From a bacterium (GTDB taxonomy: Bacteria > Omnitrophota > Gorgyraeia > Zapsychrales > Zapsychraceae), in the NCBI GenBank assembly GCA_030429765.1, contig JAUIER010000004.1:33131-97130 (forward strand): a stretch of 64,000 nt of DNA, read 5' to 3'. The notes beneath the pieces were generated by a model. That model did not search any database, was not told where the DNA came from, and was given only the letters and a program-made list of their open reading frames with translations. A program made the translations under genes and the position numbers. Shown here one piece after another: positions 48,824 to 58,934 of the stretch; positions within the stretch are counted from its first letter, which is position 1, and the number at the start of each line of letters is the position of its first letter.

Positions 48824-50119
48824 CTATTTAAGAAATTTGGGAATCCGTTCGCCGTCGAGTAATTCTTCAAACGTCTGCCGTTTGCGGGATAGCTCAAACT
48901 TATTGCCTTTGACAAAGGCAATCGGCACATGCCCACGCATGTTGTAGTTACTCGACATTACTGAACAGTACGCCCCCGCACTCATTAAGGCTAACAAGTC
49001 ATCCTTTTTCAACGACGGCAACATACGGTCCTTCGCGAAATAGTCCCCGCTTTCGCAAATTGGTCCGACCACATCCATTTTAACCTTTCGTCCGGTTCGC
49101 TTTTTCAAGGGAACAATCTCATGATACGAACCATACAACGTCGGACGCATCAAATCATTCATCCCGCCGTCTACGATCAAAAACTTCTTAACACCATTGT
49201 CCTTGACATATAACACCTTGGTCACAAAGATACCGGCGTTACCGGAGATAAATCGGCCCGGCTCCATAATAATCTTCAGACCTGTTTTCTTCAGCAGCGG
49301 TAAAACATTCTTTGCAAAATCCTTGGCCGTCTGCGGCTTTTCATCCTTATAAATAATCCCCAGACCGCCTCCGATATCCAGATACTCCAACTCAATACCA
49401 TCTTTGGCCAGTTTCTTCTGAAACTCAATCACCCGTCGAATCGCCTTCACAAATGGTTCACCTTCCGTGATCTGCGACCCGATATGCACATGCAATCCAC
49501 TAAAGACGATATGTGTATATTTCTTGGTCATGTTCATGATCTTCTGCGCTGTCTTTAGATCAATCCCAAACTTATTCTTGAGCGTTCCGGTAACCACCTG
49601 GGAATATGTCGGGGCTTCGACGTCCGGGTTGATGCGAAGCGCCACTTTGACTTTACGTTTACGCTTTTTCGCAATTCGGTTGATCTCATCGAGTTCGGGT
49701 AAAGATTCCACATTAAACAGCAGAATTCCCTTCTTCATGGCATACGTAATTTCGTCTTCGGTCTTGCCGACGGAAGCAAAAACGATCTTCTGAGGATCGG
49801 CCCCGGCAATCAGCACCTTTTTCAACTCTCCCACCGAAACAATGTCAAACCCCGCGCCTTGCTTGACCAGCGTCCGAAGTACAGCGAGATTATCATTGGA
49901 TTTCATCGCGAAACAAACCAGCGGATCGATATCCTTGAACGCCTTCTTGATCTTGGTAAAGTGATCGACAAGTGTGTTATGGCTGTAGACATAACATGGC
50001 GTACCGATTTTCTTGACGATCGATTCAATCTTAACGGATTCACAATATAAATGATTATTCTTGTATTTGAAATCGTGCATAGTGTTCTTTCCGGCGTTCC
50101 TGATGGAACTTTCCTGCAA
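48824..50119 (-). CDS. lysA: Diaminopimelate decarboxylase
   Basis: 431 aa fold-III PLP decarboxylase (CFAMKSN, GGGLGI, ESGD). Confidence 0.88.
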   Translation of the reverse strand: MQESSIRNAGKNTMHDFKYKNNHLYCESVKIESIVKKIGTPCYVYSHNTLVDHFTKIKKAFKDIDPLVCFAMKSNDNLAVLRTLVKQGAGFDIVSVGELKKVLIAGADPQKIVFASVGKTEDEITYAMKKGILLFNVESLPELDEINRIAKKRKRKVKVALRINPDVEAPTYSQVVTGTLKNKFGIDLKTAQKIMNMTKKYTHIVFSGLHVHIGSQITEGEPFVKAIRRVIEFQKKLAKDGIELEYLDIGGGLGIIYKDEKPQTAKDFAKNVLPLLKKTGLKIIMEPGRFISGNAGIFVTKVLYVKDNGVKKFLIVDGGMNDLMRPTLYGSYHEIVPLKKRTGRKVKMDVVGPICESGDYFAKDRMLPSLKKDDLLALMSAGAYCSVMSSNYNMRGHVPIAFVKGNKFELSRKRQTFEELLDGERIPKFLK

Positions 50120-50128
50120 GGTTATCTG

Positions 50129-51502
50129 TTAGTTTAAAATCTTTTCCCAATACTTGAACTGACGCGCGACAGACGTTGGCGATGTCGACCCATAAGATTT
50201 TTTACGTTTAACGGATATCTCCGGTTTGAGTAATTTTTTAACATCGGCCGCAAATTTAGGATGGTACTTCTTCAGTTGCGCCTCCGTTAAGTCGACGATC
50301 CGCCCGCCTTGATCCAGACATCCCTTGATTAACTTACCGACTGTGTCATGCGCCTCTCGATATGTCACCCCTTTCTGAATCAGATACTCCATGATATCGA
50401 CGGAGTAAAACGATTCATTGCCCGTTTGAATCGCTATCTGGTCCGGCTTGACTTTAAGCGTCTGAAACAATTTTTCGAGCAGCTGCAGCATCAATTGCAT
50501 CTTTTCAACTGACTCAAACAGTGGCGGCTTATCCAGTTGAAGATCCCGATTGTACGTCAATGGCAATCCCTTCAATAAGACCAGCAGTTTATTGAGATTA
50601 CCGTAAATCGTACCTGTCTCCCCCCGGATCAGCTCACAAATATCCGGATTCTTTTTATGCGGCATGATGGACGAACCGGTACACATTGACCAATCAATAT
50701 CCACAAAATTAAACTCACTGGTCGCCCAAACGATCAGATCTTCACACATGCGTGAGAAGTGCATGCTCATCATGGCCAACGCCGAGACCGATTCAATAAT
50801 AAAATCCCGATCGCTGACCGAATCAATACTATTGTTTGTTGTCGCCAGAAATCCCAAGAGCTCAGTCACCATCTTTCGGTCGGTCGGAAGAGTACTGCCG
50901 GACAATGCGCAACTGCCCAGCGGATTGGTATCCATCCGGACAATGGCATCCTTGAGACGCCCTTTGTCCCGCTCCAACATCTCAACATAAGCGAGCATAT
51001 GATGAGCCAACAGCACAAGTTGAGCCGACTGTAAATGCGTGTAGGCAGGCATGATAATTTCGCGATGACGTTTGGCAAATTCAAGGATCGAGCGCTGAAG
51101 ATCGGAAATCATCTCAATCGTCAAATTCAATTCGACGAGACAATATAGTTTCATGTCCAGCACGATTAAATCATTGCGCGAACGCGCCGTGTGCAGACGA
51201 TCCGCCGCGGCTCCGATGTCCTTTTTCAGGGCCGATTGAATATTCGAGTGGACGTCCTCTTCCCGGGGATCAAATTTAAACTGACCCGATTCGATTTTTT
51301 TACCGATCCGTTTCAGGCCTGCCGCGATCTTTTTTGCGTCGGACTTTGGAATGATCCCGCATTCGCCTAACATCCGGGCGTGGGCAATCCCGCCGATACA
51401 GTCATACAAAGCCAGGCGGCAATCGTATGAGATACTAAAACTAAACTCATCGGCCAGTGAATCCGTAGATCCATCAAAGCGACTTCCCCAAAATTTACCC
51501 AT
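50129..51502 (-). CDS. argH: Argininosuccinate lyase
   Basis: 457 aa with the GSSIMPHKKNPD signature. Confidence 0.92.
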   Translation of the reverse strand: MGKFWGSRFDGSTDSLADEFSFSISYDCRLALYDCIGGIAHARMLGECGIIPKSDAKKIAAGLKRIGKKIESGQFKFDPREEDVHSNIQSALKKDIGAAADRLHTARSRNDLIVLDMKLYCLVELNLTIEMISDLQRSILEFAKRHREIIMPAYTHLQSAQLVLLAHHMLAYVEMLERDKGRLKDAIVRMDTNPLGSCALSGSTLPTDRKMVTELLGFLATTNNSIDSVSDRDFIIESVSALAMMSMHFSRMCEDLIVWATSEFNFVDIDWSMCTGSSIMPHKKNPDICELIRGETGTIYGNLNKLLVLLKGLPLTYNRDLQLDKPPLFESVEKMQLMLQLLEKLFQTLKVKPDQIAIQTGNESFYSVDIMEYLIQKGVTYREAHDTVGKLIKGCLDQGGRIVDLTEAQLKKYHPKFAADVKKLLKPEISVKRKKSYGSTSPTSVARQFKYWEKILN

Positions 51503-51533
51503 AAGGCAGTTCCTGTTTGCTAATCATGTGACA

Positions 51534-52703
51534 TTATTTTTGAAATGGCATCGCCCAAAGAGTGTTGAATCCTTCGGCCAACGATTGATCAAATTGATCA
51601 CCCTCACCATACGTGGCTAATTGTTCCTGATAGCGAGAGTATTTGGATTGACGTCCGACCGCCTGTGCACTTCCCTTATATAGCTTCAGTCGAACCGTTC
51701 CTGTCATGTACTTACACACCTTATCAAAATAAGCGTCCATTTGTTCGCGCAAAGGCGTAAACCACAAGCCATTATACGTGAGTTGGGCATATTTTTGGGA
51801 TAATTGTTCCTTAAAATACATGGTGTCCCGGTCCAATACCAGCGCTTCGAGTTCCAATCGCGCCGCGTTCAGGACTGTTCCGGCAGGATTTTCATAAATT
51901 TCCCGACTCTTGATCCCCACCAATCGATTCTCGACCATATCCACGCGACCGACACCGTTCTTACCGGCCAGCTCATTGAGTTTCTTGATCAAGGCAACCG
52001 GTTTGTAGGCTTTACCATCAATCTTGATGGGAATACCCTTCTCAAATCCGATCTCGACATAGGTCGGCTTGTTAGGAGCCTTGAGAGGATTGCTCGTCAT
52101 GGCATAAATATCTTCCGGAGGCTCTTGCCAGGGATCTTCCAGGATACCGCATTCAATCGCGCGCCCGTAAATATTGGTATCGATACTGTATGGACTTTTT
52201 TTGGTGACATTGATCTTGATACTCTGCGTCTTGAGATAGTCAATCTCTTCGTCCCGCGTTTTGAATTCCCAGATGCGGACCGGCGCGATGATCTCCATCT
52301 TCGGAGCCATCAATCGATAGGTGGTTTCAAAACGAACTTGATCGTTGCCCTTTCCGGTACATCCATGGACCAATCCCTTGGCCTTTTCCTTTTTGGCGAT
52401 GTCCACTTGATGCTTGGCGATCAACGGTCGTGATAACGCGCAGGCCAAATAGTATTTGTTTTCGTAAACGGCTCCAGCCTTCAGCGCCTTAAACGCGTAA
52501 TCTTCGATTAATTCCTTTTGTAAATTCAGACAGTAAACTTTGGACGCTCCCGACTTGACTGCGCGCTTCTCGATTTCCTTGAAATCATCTCCCTGACCTA
52601 AATCCGCAATGAAGGCGATGGTTTCATACCCTCGATCTTTCAGCCACGGAATAATACACGATGTATCTAATCCACCCGAATACGCCAATACAACTTTTTT
52701 CAT
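51534..52703 (-). CDS. argG: Argininosuccinate synthase
   Basis: 389 aa with an AYSGGLDTS PP-loop. Confidence 0.92.
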   Translation of the reverse strand: MKKVVLAYSGGLDTSCIIPWLKDRGYETIAFIADLGQGDDFKEIEKRAVKSGASKVYCLNLQKELIEDYAFKALKAGAVYENKYYLACALSRPLIAKHQVDIAKKEKAKGLVHGCTGKGNDQVRFETTYRLMAPKMEIIAPVRIWEFKTRDEEIDYLKTQSIKINVTKKSPYSIDTNIYGRAIECGILEDPWQEPPEDIYAMTSNPLKAPNKPTYVEIGFEKGIPIKIDGKAYKPVALIKKLNELAGKNGVGRVDMVENRLVGIKSREIYENPAGTVLNAARLELEALVLDRDTMYFKEQLSQKYAQLTYNGLWFTPLREQMDAYFDKVCKYMTGTVRLKLYKGSAQAVGRQSKYSRYQEQLATYGEGDQFDQSLAEGFNTLWAMPFQK

Positions 52704-52714
52704 GTGATTTCCTC

Positions 52715-53638
52715 CTACCAGGTGTTAAATATAAAATTCATGATCGCTTTTTGTGTATGCAAACGGTTCTCCGCCTGATCAAATACGATCGAATGTTCAC
52801 CGTCGATCACCTCGGCCGTCACTTCTTCACCCCGATGCGCCGGCAGACAATGCATAAAAATATAATTGGGATCCGCCAGATCCGTCAAAGCCTTATTGAT
52901 TTGAAAGCCCTGAAAATCAGCCAGACGTTTATCACGCTCGTCTTCCTGCCCCATGCTTACCCAAACATCAGCATAGATCACGTTCGCCCCCTGGGCCGCT
53001 TCCTGAGGAGACTGGGTCACCGAGATTTCAGAACCAGTCGCTTGACCCAACTCGATCGCGCGTTGCAGAATATCCGGATTGGGTCCATAACCAGCAGGCG
53101 CGGCAATCTTCATGTGGACACCGGTTTTTGCCGCCGCGAGCATGAGTGAATGACAGACATTATTACCGTCACCGATATAGGCGATGGTCACCCCTTCCAG
53201 CCGCTGGAGCTTTTCTTTAATCGAAAACAAATCCGTTAACCCCTGACACGGATGATACAAATCCGACAATCCATTGATCACCGGGATGGACGCGTTTTCG
53301 GTCAACTCGATAATATCCTCATGCCGGTGGGTCCGGGCAACAATTCCGTGCAGATATCTCGACAATGTTTTTGACACATCGGCCACGGTTTCGCGTACGC
53401 CCAGGTTGATCTCGTCCGGCCCCAAATAAACACAATTACCGGAAAACTGAGAAATTCCGACTTCGAATGATACACGGGTCCGATTAGACGGTTTCTGAAA
53501 GAGCAGTCCAATGGACTTTCCTTTCAGTAAATGCGCGGAGTGCGACACATCATGCTTCACGGCCATGGCCACGCCGAGGATCCGCAAAATCTCCTCCTGC
53601 GACAATTGTTCTAGATTTATCAAGTCACGTTTTTTCAT
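52715..53638 (-). CDS. argF: Ornithine carbamoyltransferase
   Basis: 307 aa with STRTRVSFE and HCLP motifs. Confidence 0.9.
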   Translation of the reverse strand: MKKRDLINLEQLSQEEILRILGVAMAVKHDVSHSAHLLKGKSIGLLFQKPSNRTRVSFEVGISQFSGNCVYLGPDEINLGVRETVADVSKTLSRYLHGIVARTHRHEDIIELTENASIPVINGLSDLYHPCQGLTDLFSIKEKLQRLEGVTIAYIGDGNNVCHSLMLAAAKTGVHMKIAAPAGYGPNPDILQRAIELGQATGSEISVTQSPQEAAQGANVIYADVWVSMGQEDERDKRLADFQGFQINKALTDLADPNYIFMHCLPAHRGEEVTAEVIDGEHSIVFDQAENRLHTQKAIMNFIFNTW

Positions 53639-54837
53639 TATTCAGTCACCTCAGTTAATGCTCTTCGTAATGTATACAACGCCTTGTCCGCTTGCTTCTT
53701 GGTCACATTAAGGGCCGGCATAAACCGTAGAATATTACCCTGCGTGCAATTAATGATCACCCCGTGCTCAAAACAGTAGTCAATGATATCTTTGCCGGGA
53801 CGATCCAATTCAATACCGATCATCAACCCTAGGCCGCGAACATCGGTGATCATGGCAAAGTCTTTTTTAAGCTCCTGCAATTTGTCCATGATATACCGCC
53901 CCATCACACGGGTATTCTTAAGCATGTTATCAGACTTAATCGCGCTGAAAACACCCAGCGCCGCTTTGGTCACCAGTGGTGAACCGCCAAAGGTCGAGGC
54001 ATGCATCCCCGGCTTAAAATAGTCCGCGATAGATTCCTTGACGACAAGCGCGCCGATCGGAAGCCCGCCGCCTAACGCCTTGGCCAGGACCATAATATCC
54101 GGACGAACACCGTAATGCTTGAACGCGAACATCTCGCCTGTCCGCCCCATTCCGGTTTGAACCTCATCAAAGATCAACAGGATATCACGCTCGTCACAGA
54201 GGGACCGCAACGATTTAATGTATTCCTTATCCGCCACGTTGACCCCGCCCTCACCCTGCACCGGTTCGAGCATAATCGCTACCGTCTTATCGGTGACCGC
54301 GGACTTAACCGCGTCAATATCATTGAACGGTAAATACTTAAATCCGGTCGGCAACGGCTCAAAGCCTTTCTGGTAGGCTGGCTGACCGGTCGCCGTCATC
54401 GCACCGATGGTCCGGCCATGAAACGAACGTTTCATTGTGATAATTTCGTACCGCTTGCCCTGTCCGTAGATCCGGGAAAATTTGATGGCACCTTCACATC
54501 CTTCAGCCCCGCTGTTCCCGAAGAAAACCCGGCCGGGAAATGAATGACGGATAATTTCCTTGGCCAATTTGGCCTGATTGACATGATAAAAATTATTCGG
54601 GATATGGATCAGCTTGCCGATTTGGTCACGGACAGCCGCCATGACTTTGGGATGACAATGCCCGACATTATTGACACCCCAGCCCGGAAAAAAATCCAGA
54701 TACTTTTTGCCGTCGACATCCGTCAAAACCATCCCCTTACCTTTCACAAAAACAGCCGGCGTCCGTGTGTAGGTCGATAATATGTACTTATCGTAATTCT
54801 TGAATATCTCTGATTTTTTCACTTGATCATTTTCCAT
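53638..54837 (-). CDS. argD: Acetylornithine aminotransferase
   Basis: 399 aa class-III PLP aminotransferase located within the arg operon. Confidence 0.88.
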   Translation of the reverse strand: MENDQVKKSEIFKNYDKYILSTYTRTPAVFVKGKGMVLTDVDGKKYLDFFPGWGVNNVGHCHPKVMAAVRDQIGKLIHIPNNFYHVNQAKLAKEIIRHSFPGRVFFGNSGAEGCEGAIKFSRIYGQGKRYEIITMKRSFHGRTIGAMTATGQPAYQKGFEPLPTGFKYLPFNDIDAVKSAVTDKTVAIMLEPVQGEGGVNVADKEYIKSLRSLCDERDILLIFDEVQTGMGRTGEMFAFKHYGVRPDIMVLAKALGGGLPIGALVVKESIADYFKPGMHASTFGGSPLVTKAALGVFSAIKSDNMLKNTRVMGRYIMDKLQELKKDFAMITDVRGLGLMIGIELDRPGKDIIDYCFEHGVIINCTQGNILRFMPALNVTKKQADKALYTLRRALTEVTE

Positions 54838-54845
54838 GATTACAA

Positions 54846-55706
54846 TTACTGGGTGTTTTGAACGATCTGGGTACCAATCCCCTGGTTAGTAAAGAACTCT
54901 AACAGCAGCGCGTGCTGAATTCGGGCATCAACAATGTGAGTCTTCCGGACCCCGCTGATCAACGCCTCCATACATGACCGAACTTTGGGAATCATGCCAC
55001 CGTCGATCACCTGACTTTCAATCAGCTCCTGAACACGATTAACCGTCAACGTGGACAACAATGAGCTCGGGTCTTCCGGATCTGTTAAAACACCTTGTAC
55101 ATTGGTCAGTAATACCAATTTTTCGGCGTTCATCGAATTTGAAATCGCGCTGGCCACTTCATCGGCATTGATGTTATGTGGAATCTTCTCAACCGTTATA
55201 CCGATTGGAGACACGACCGTGATCCGCCCCATCTCCAAATGGTCATTCAGCATCTTCCTGTCAACCGAATCCACGCTTCCCACAAAACCCAGATCCTTGG
55301 ATGATTTTTTCTTAACCACATGAATGATGTTTTCATGACCATGCAATCCGGTTACATCACCTTTGAGTGATTGTATCTCGGAGACAATCAATTGATTCAG
55401 CTTTTCCAGTTCTTCGCTGGCGACGTCCAGTGTTTGCTGATCCGTGATCCGCATCCCCTCATGAAACTCACTCTTGACATTCAGCTCTTTGAGCCGACGG
55501 TTGATATATGGTCCTCCGCCATGCACAAGAATCACCCGAATCCCGACATAACTAAGAAAAACAATATCCTGTAAAACATTGCGGCGGACCTGCTCGTCTT
55601 CGAGAATACTGCCCCCATATTTGATGACAAACACCTTGTGCCGGAACTCGTGAATATACGGAATCGCTTCAATCAGCACGCCGGCTTTTTTAATTATGTC
55701 GTCCAT
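54846..55706 (-). CDS. argB: Acetylglutamate kinase
   Basis: 286 aa amino-acid kinase (VIKYGGS). Confidence 0.9.
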   Translation of the reverse strand: MDDIIKKAGVLIEAIPYIHEFRHKVFVIKYGGSILEDEQVRRNVLQDIVFLSYVGIRVILVHGGGPYINRRLKELNVKSEFHEGMRITDQQTLDVASEELEKLNQLIVSEIQSLKGDVTGLHGHENIIHVVKKKSSKDLGFVGSVDSVDRKMLNDHLEMGRITVVSPIGITVEKIPHNINADEVASAISNSMNAEKLVLLTNVQGVLTDPEDPSSLLSTLTVNRVQELIESQVIDGGMIPKVRSCMEALISGVRKTHIVDARIQHALLLEFFTNQGIGTQIVQNTQ

Positions 55707-55709
55707 AAC

Positions 55710-56852
55710 CTAATTGTACTCCATATTAATCCGAACATATTCGTAGGATAGGTCTGACGTATAGACGGTAGCCTTGGCCTGCCCGGCATTGAGTTTAATA
55801 TTGATCTGAATCTCCGCCTTATCAAAAGAACTGAAACTGATATCCAAATTGCGCTCGGTGATATACTTGATACCCAGCGACCCAACGGCCGCTGCCACCC
55901 GTCCCCAATTGGGATTCGATCCGGCCACCGCGGTCTTGACCAGCATTGAATTGGCCACCACCAGACCGACTTCCTTGGCCTGTTTGTGTGACTTGGCGCC
56001 AAGCACATTAATCTCGACAAATTTAGAGGCACCCTCGCCGTCCAACACAATCTTCCGGGACATATCCACACAAACTTCACGCAACGCCGCCAAAAACAAG
56101 TCATATGATTTACCCTCTGCTTCAATCAGCTTGTTCTCAGCCAACCCATTCGCCAAAACCGCCACCATATCGTTGGTGCTCATACAACCGTCAACAGTAA
56201 TACAGTTGAATGATTCTTCGGTGGCCTGACGCAGTGCTTGCTTCAACATTTTCGGTGTTATAGCCGCATCCGTTGTGATAAATCCGAGCATTGTCGCCAT
56301 GTTCGGCGCGATCATTCCGGACCCCTTGGCGCATCCGCCGACTGTGACCGTTTTCGATCCGATCTTGAACTCCACGGCCTTCTGTTTAATAACCGTATCC
56401 GTGGTCAAGATGCCCCGGGCACACTTTCTGAAACCGGACTTATCTAACCCTTCCACGAGCGGGGCGATGCCTTCGGCGATTTTATCCATCTTGAGCGGTT
56501 TTCCAATGATTCCGGTGGATGCAACGAGCACATCCGACGACTTTAATCCCAATGACTTAGCTGTTAGTTCTGTCATTTGTTTGGCATCGGTGTATCCTTG
56601 ATCACCCGTAAAGCAATTGGCATTGGCACTGTTGATAACAATGGCCTGCGCTTTATTGTTGCGTAAATGTTTCTTGCAAATTATGAGTGGCGCGGCGACA
56701 ACCGAATTTTTGGTATACACACAAGCCGCGATGGCGGGCACTTCACTATACACAAGCGAGAGATCCTCATTGCCGGAACGTTTCAGTCCGCACCAAACAC
56801 CATTGGCTTTAAAGCCTTTGGCTTGGGTGATCCCGTGGTCCGGGGCGCTCAT
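55710..56852 (-). CDS. argJ: Bifunctional glutamate N-acetyltransferase / ornithine acetyltransferase
   Basis: 380 aa with the ATML autoprocessing site (MATMLGFITTDA). Confidence 0.88.
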   Translation of the reverse strand: MSAPDHGITQAKGFKANGVWCGLKRSGNEDLSLVYSEVPAIAACVYTKNSVVAAPLIICKKHLRNNKAQAIVINSANANCFTGDQGYTDAKQMTELTAKSLGLKSSDVLVASTGIIGKPLKMDKIAEGIAPLVEGLDKSGFRKCARGILTTDTVIKQKAVEFKIGSKTVTVGGCAKGSGMIAPNMATMLGFITTDAAITPKMLKQALRQATEESFNCITVDGCMSTNDMVAVLANGLAENKLIEAEGKSYDLFLAALREVCVDMSRKIVLDGEGASKFVEINVLGAKSHKQAKEVGLVVANSMLVKTAVAGSNPNWGRVAAAVGSLGIKYITERNLDISFSSFDKAEIQINIKLNAGQAKATVYTSDLSYEYVRINMEYN

Positions 56853-57868
56853 TGTAATCCCTCGCCTTCGTCAAAACCGCACATTATGTTCATATTCTGA
56901 ATCGCCTGTCCGGCAGCACCTTTGTAAAGATTGTCAATAACACCGGTGATCACCAGCAATTTCTTATCCGCGCTTAATGCCAGACTGATATCACAGTAGT
57001 TCGTACCGACTACATTTTTGAGTTCAACCTGCTTACCCAGATCTTCCAAACGTACGAACGGCTCGGTTTTGTAGAACTTTCGATAGATCGTGTGCCATTT
57101 TTTCAACTGGATCTTGGAATTAAGGGAGACATAAATAGTCTCGAGGATTCCATGATTCACCGGCAGCAGATGAGGCACAAAATTGACCGTATTTTGCTGA
57201 CCGGATAATTTGGAAAGATACAAATTTATTTCGGGCGCATGCTGATGATTGAGCACCTTGTAGGCCTTGAAGTTGCCGCTGACTTCGGCGTGGCTTAGCG
57301 CCACGGACGCTTTACGTCCGGCACCCGACACACCGGACTTGGCATCGATGATGATGGACTCAATGATGTCAGGATGCGTGGCCATCAACGGGGCCAGACT
57401 CAGAATCGCCGCGGTCGGATAGCATCCCGGGTTAGCCACCAGCGACGCCTTGGCGATATCAGCCCGATAAAGCTCAGGCATACCATACACCGCCTTACGC
57501 AGGTTGGCTCCATCCGTATGTTTCTGATTGTACCACTTCTTGTACTCGACGCTTGACTTGAGTCGATAGTCACCGCTTAAGTCAATGACCTTGAGCCCTG
57601 CATCAAGCAGTAACGGTGTAATCTGCATGGAAACTGTATGCGGAACAGCCAGAAAAATAAGCTCGCATGTCTCAACCGCCTTATCGACATTGAATTTCTC
57701 ACATGTCAGACGCGTTCGCCCTTTTAACTGCGGCCATATCTCTGAGAGTTCACCCTGCGTATTATTCGCGCTGGCGTATGTCACCCGGACTTCCGGGTGT
57801 TTCAAAAGTAAGTCTAGGGCGGTGTATCCGGAATATCCGCTGACACCGACGATGCCGACTTTAATCAT
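56849..57868 (-). CDS. argC: N-acetyl-gamma-glutamyl-phosphate reductase
   Basis: 339 aa starting GVSGYSG, with the active site NPGCYPT. Confidence 0.9.
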   Translation of the reverse strand: MIKVGIVGVSGYSGYTALDLLLKHPEVRVTYASANNTQGELSEIWPQLKGRTRLTCEKFNVDKAVETCELIFLAVPHTVSMQITPLLLDAGLKVIDLSGDYRLKSSVEYKKWYNQKHTDGANLRKAVYGMPELYRADIAKASLVANPGCYPTAAILSLAPLMATHPDIIESIIIDAKSGVSGAGRKASVALSHAEVSGNFKAYKVLNHQHAPEINLYLSKLSGQQNTVNFVPHLLPVNHGILETIYVSLNSKIQLKKWHTIYRKFYKTEPFVRLEDLGKQVELKNVVGTNYCDISLALSADKKLLVITGVIDNLYKGAAGQAIQNMNIMCGFDEGEGLQ

Positions 57869-57904
57869 TTGAGATCCTTGTATTTGTAATTCAAATCAAA
57901 ATTT

Positions 57905-57954
57905 AAAAATAAAAAAACCTACCTCTTAAACTCGTTGAGTCTGGGAGGTAGGTT
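57905..57954 (-). terminator. Rho-independent terminator downstream of rpsI
   Basis: The minus-strand stem is AACCTACCTC...GAGGTAGGTT (10 bp), followed by TTTTTTTATTTTT. Confidence 0.7.
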
Positions 57955-57984
57955 TGAAATTCGATATGAAATGTCGTGCTGATA

Positions 57985-58380
57985 TTAACGCTTAACCCAC
58001 TGGAATTTCTTACGTGCTCCCTTTTGACCAGGTTTCTGTCTTTCCTTCATCCTCGGGTCACGCCTTAGCATGAGTGCTTTTTTGAGTACGGGTTTATTTT
58101 CTGCGTCGCATAAAGATAGGGCTCGAGACAAACCTAATCGAAAAGCCCCGGCTTGACCGGTCAATCCACCGCCAGTAACTTTGACGCTGATATCAAACTT
58201 TCCAAGTGTGTTTGTCAATTTAAGAGGTTCCAAAATAATGATCTGGTCAGTTTCTCGTGGGAAATAATCCTTAAACTCGCGTTTGTTTACACGAATTTTT
58301 CCATCGCCTGGCATAATGTTGACACGCGCAACTGAACTCTTTCGTCGACCAGTGGCTCCATATTTTACAATTTCAACCAT
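57985..58380 (-). CDS. rpsI: 30S ribosomal protein S9
   Basis: 131 aa ending ...GARKKFQWVKR. Confidence 0.92.
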   Translation of the reverse strand: MVEIVKYGATGRRKSSVARVNIMPGDGKIRVNKREFKDYFPRETDQIIILEPLKLTNTLGKFDISVKVTGGGLTGQAGAFRLGLSRALSLCDAENKPVLKKALMLRRDPRMKERQKPGQKGARKKFQWVKR

Positions 58381-58405
58381 CTTAAATTACTCTCCGTTTT
58401 CTTGA

Positions 58406-58840
58406 CTAGATTTCTAGTGGAATAGGTTTTTGTGCTTGATGCGGATGTGAATCCCCCGCATATACTTTAAGTTTTGTGCGCATCTTGTTGCCCAACGGAC
58501 CGCTTGGGATCATGCGGTTAACCGCCAATCGAATAACTTGCTCCGGCGCTTTTTCAAGCATGACCTTTAGTTTGACTGATTTCTGTCCTGATGGATAACC
58601 TGAATAGCGCTGATATTCTTTGTCGTTGAGTTTGTTACCGGTCACTCGGATCTTTTCGGCATTGATAACAATAACCTGATCACCGGTATCACAATGCGGT
58701 GTGAATGTCGGTTTGTGCTTGCCCCGCAGTATCGTTGCCGCTTTGGCCGCCAACCGTCCCAAAACCTGATCTTTGGCATCAATCACGTAACATTTTCGCT
58801 CGACCGTCGCAGCATTCGCCATGTATGTTTTTTGCTTCAT
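58406..58840 (-). CDS. rplM: 50S ribosomal protein L13
   Basis: 144 aa with a conserved L13 N-terminus (CYVIDAKDQVLGRLAAKAATILRGKHKPTFTPH). Confidence 0.92.
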   Translation of the reverse strand: MKQKTYMANAATVERKCYVIDAKDQVLGRLAAKAATILRGKHKPTFTPHCDTGDQVIVINAEKIRVTGNKLNDKEYQRYSGYPSGQKSVKLKVMLEKAPEQVIRLAVNRMIPSGPLGNKMRTKLKVYAGDSHPHQAQKPIPLEI

Positions 58841-58887
58841 TTGAAATCCTTATTGATATAGGAGGTTACGACTGATAATAAGACAAA

Positions 58888-58915
58888 AGTATATCACTTT
58901 GCGATTATTTGTCAA
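58888..58915 (-). promoter_or_regulatory. Sigma70-like promoter (TTGACA-16-TATACT) for rplM-rpsI
   Basis: The minus-strand -35 is at 58910-58915 and the -10 at 58888-58893. Confidence 0.5.
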
Positions 58916-58934
58916 TCATTAAATTATTGTATTT

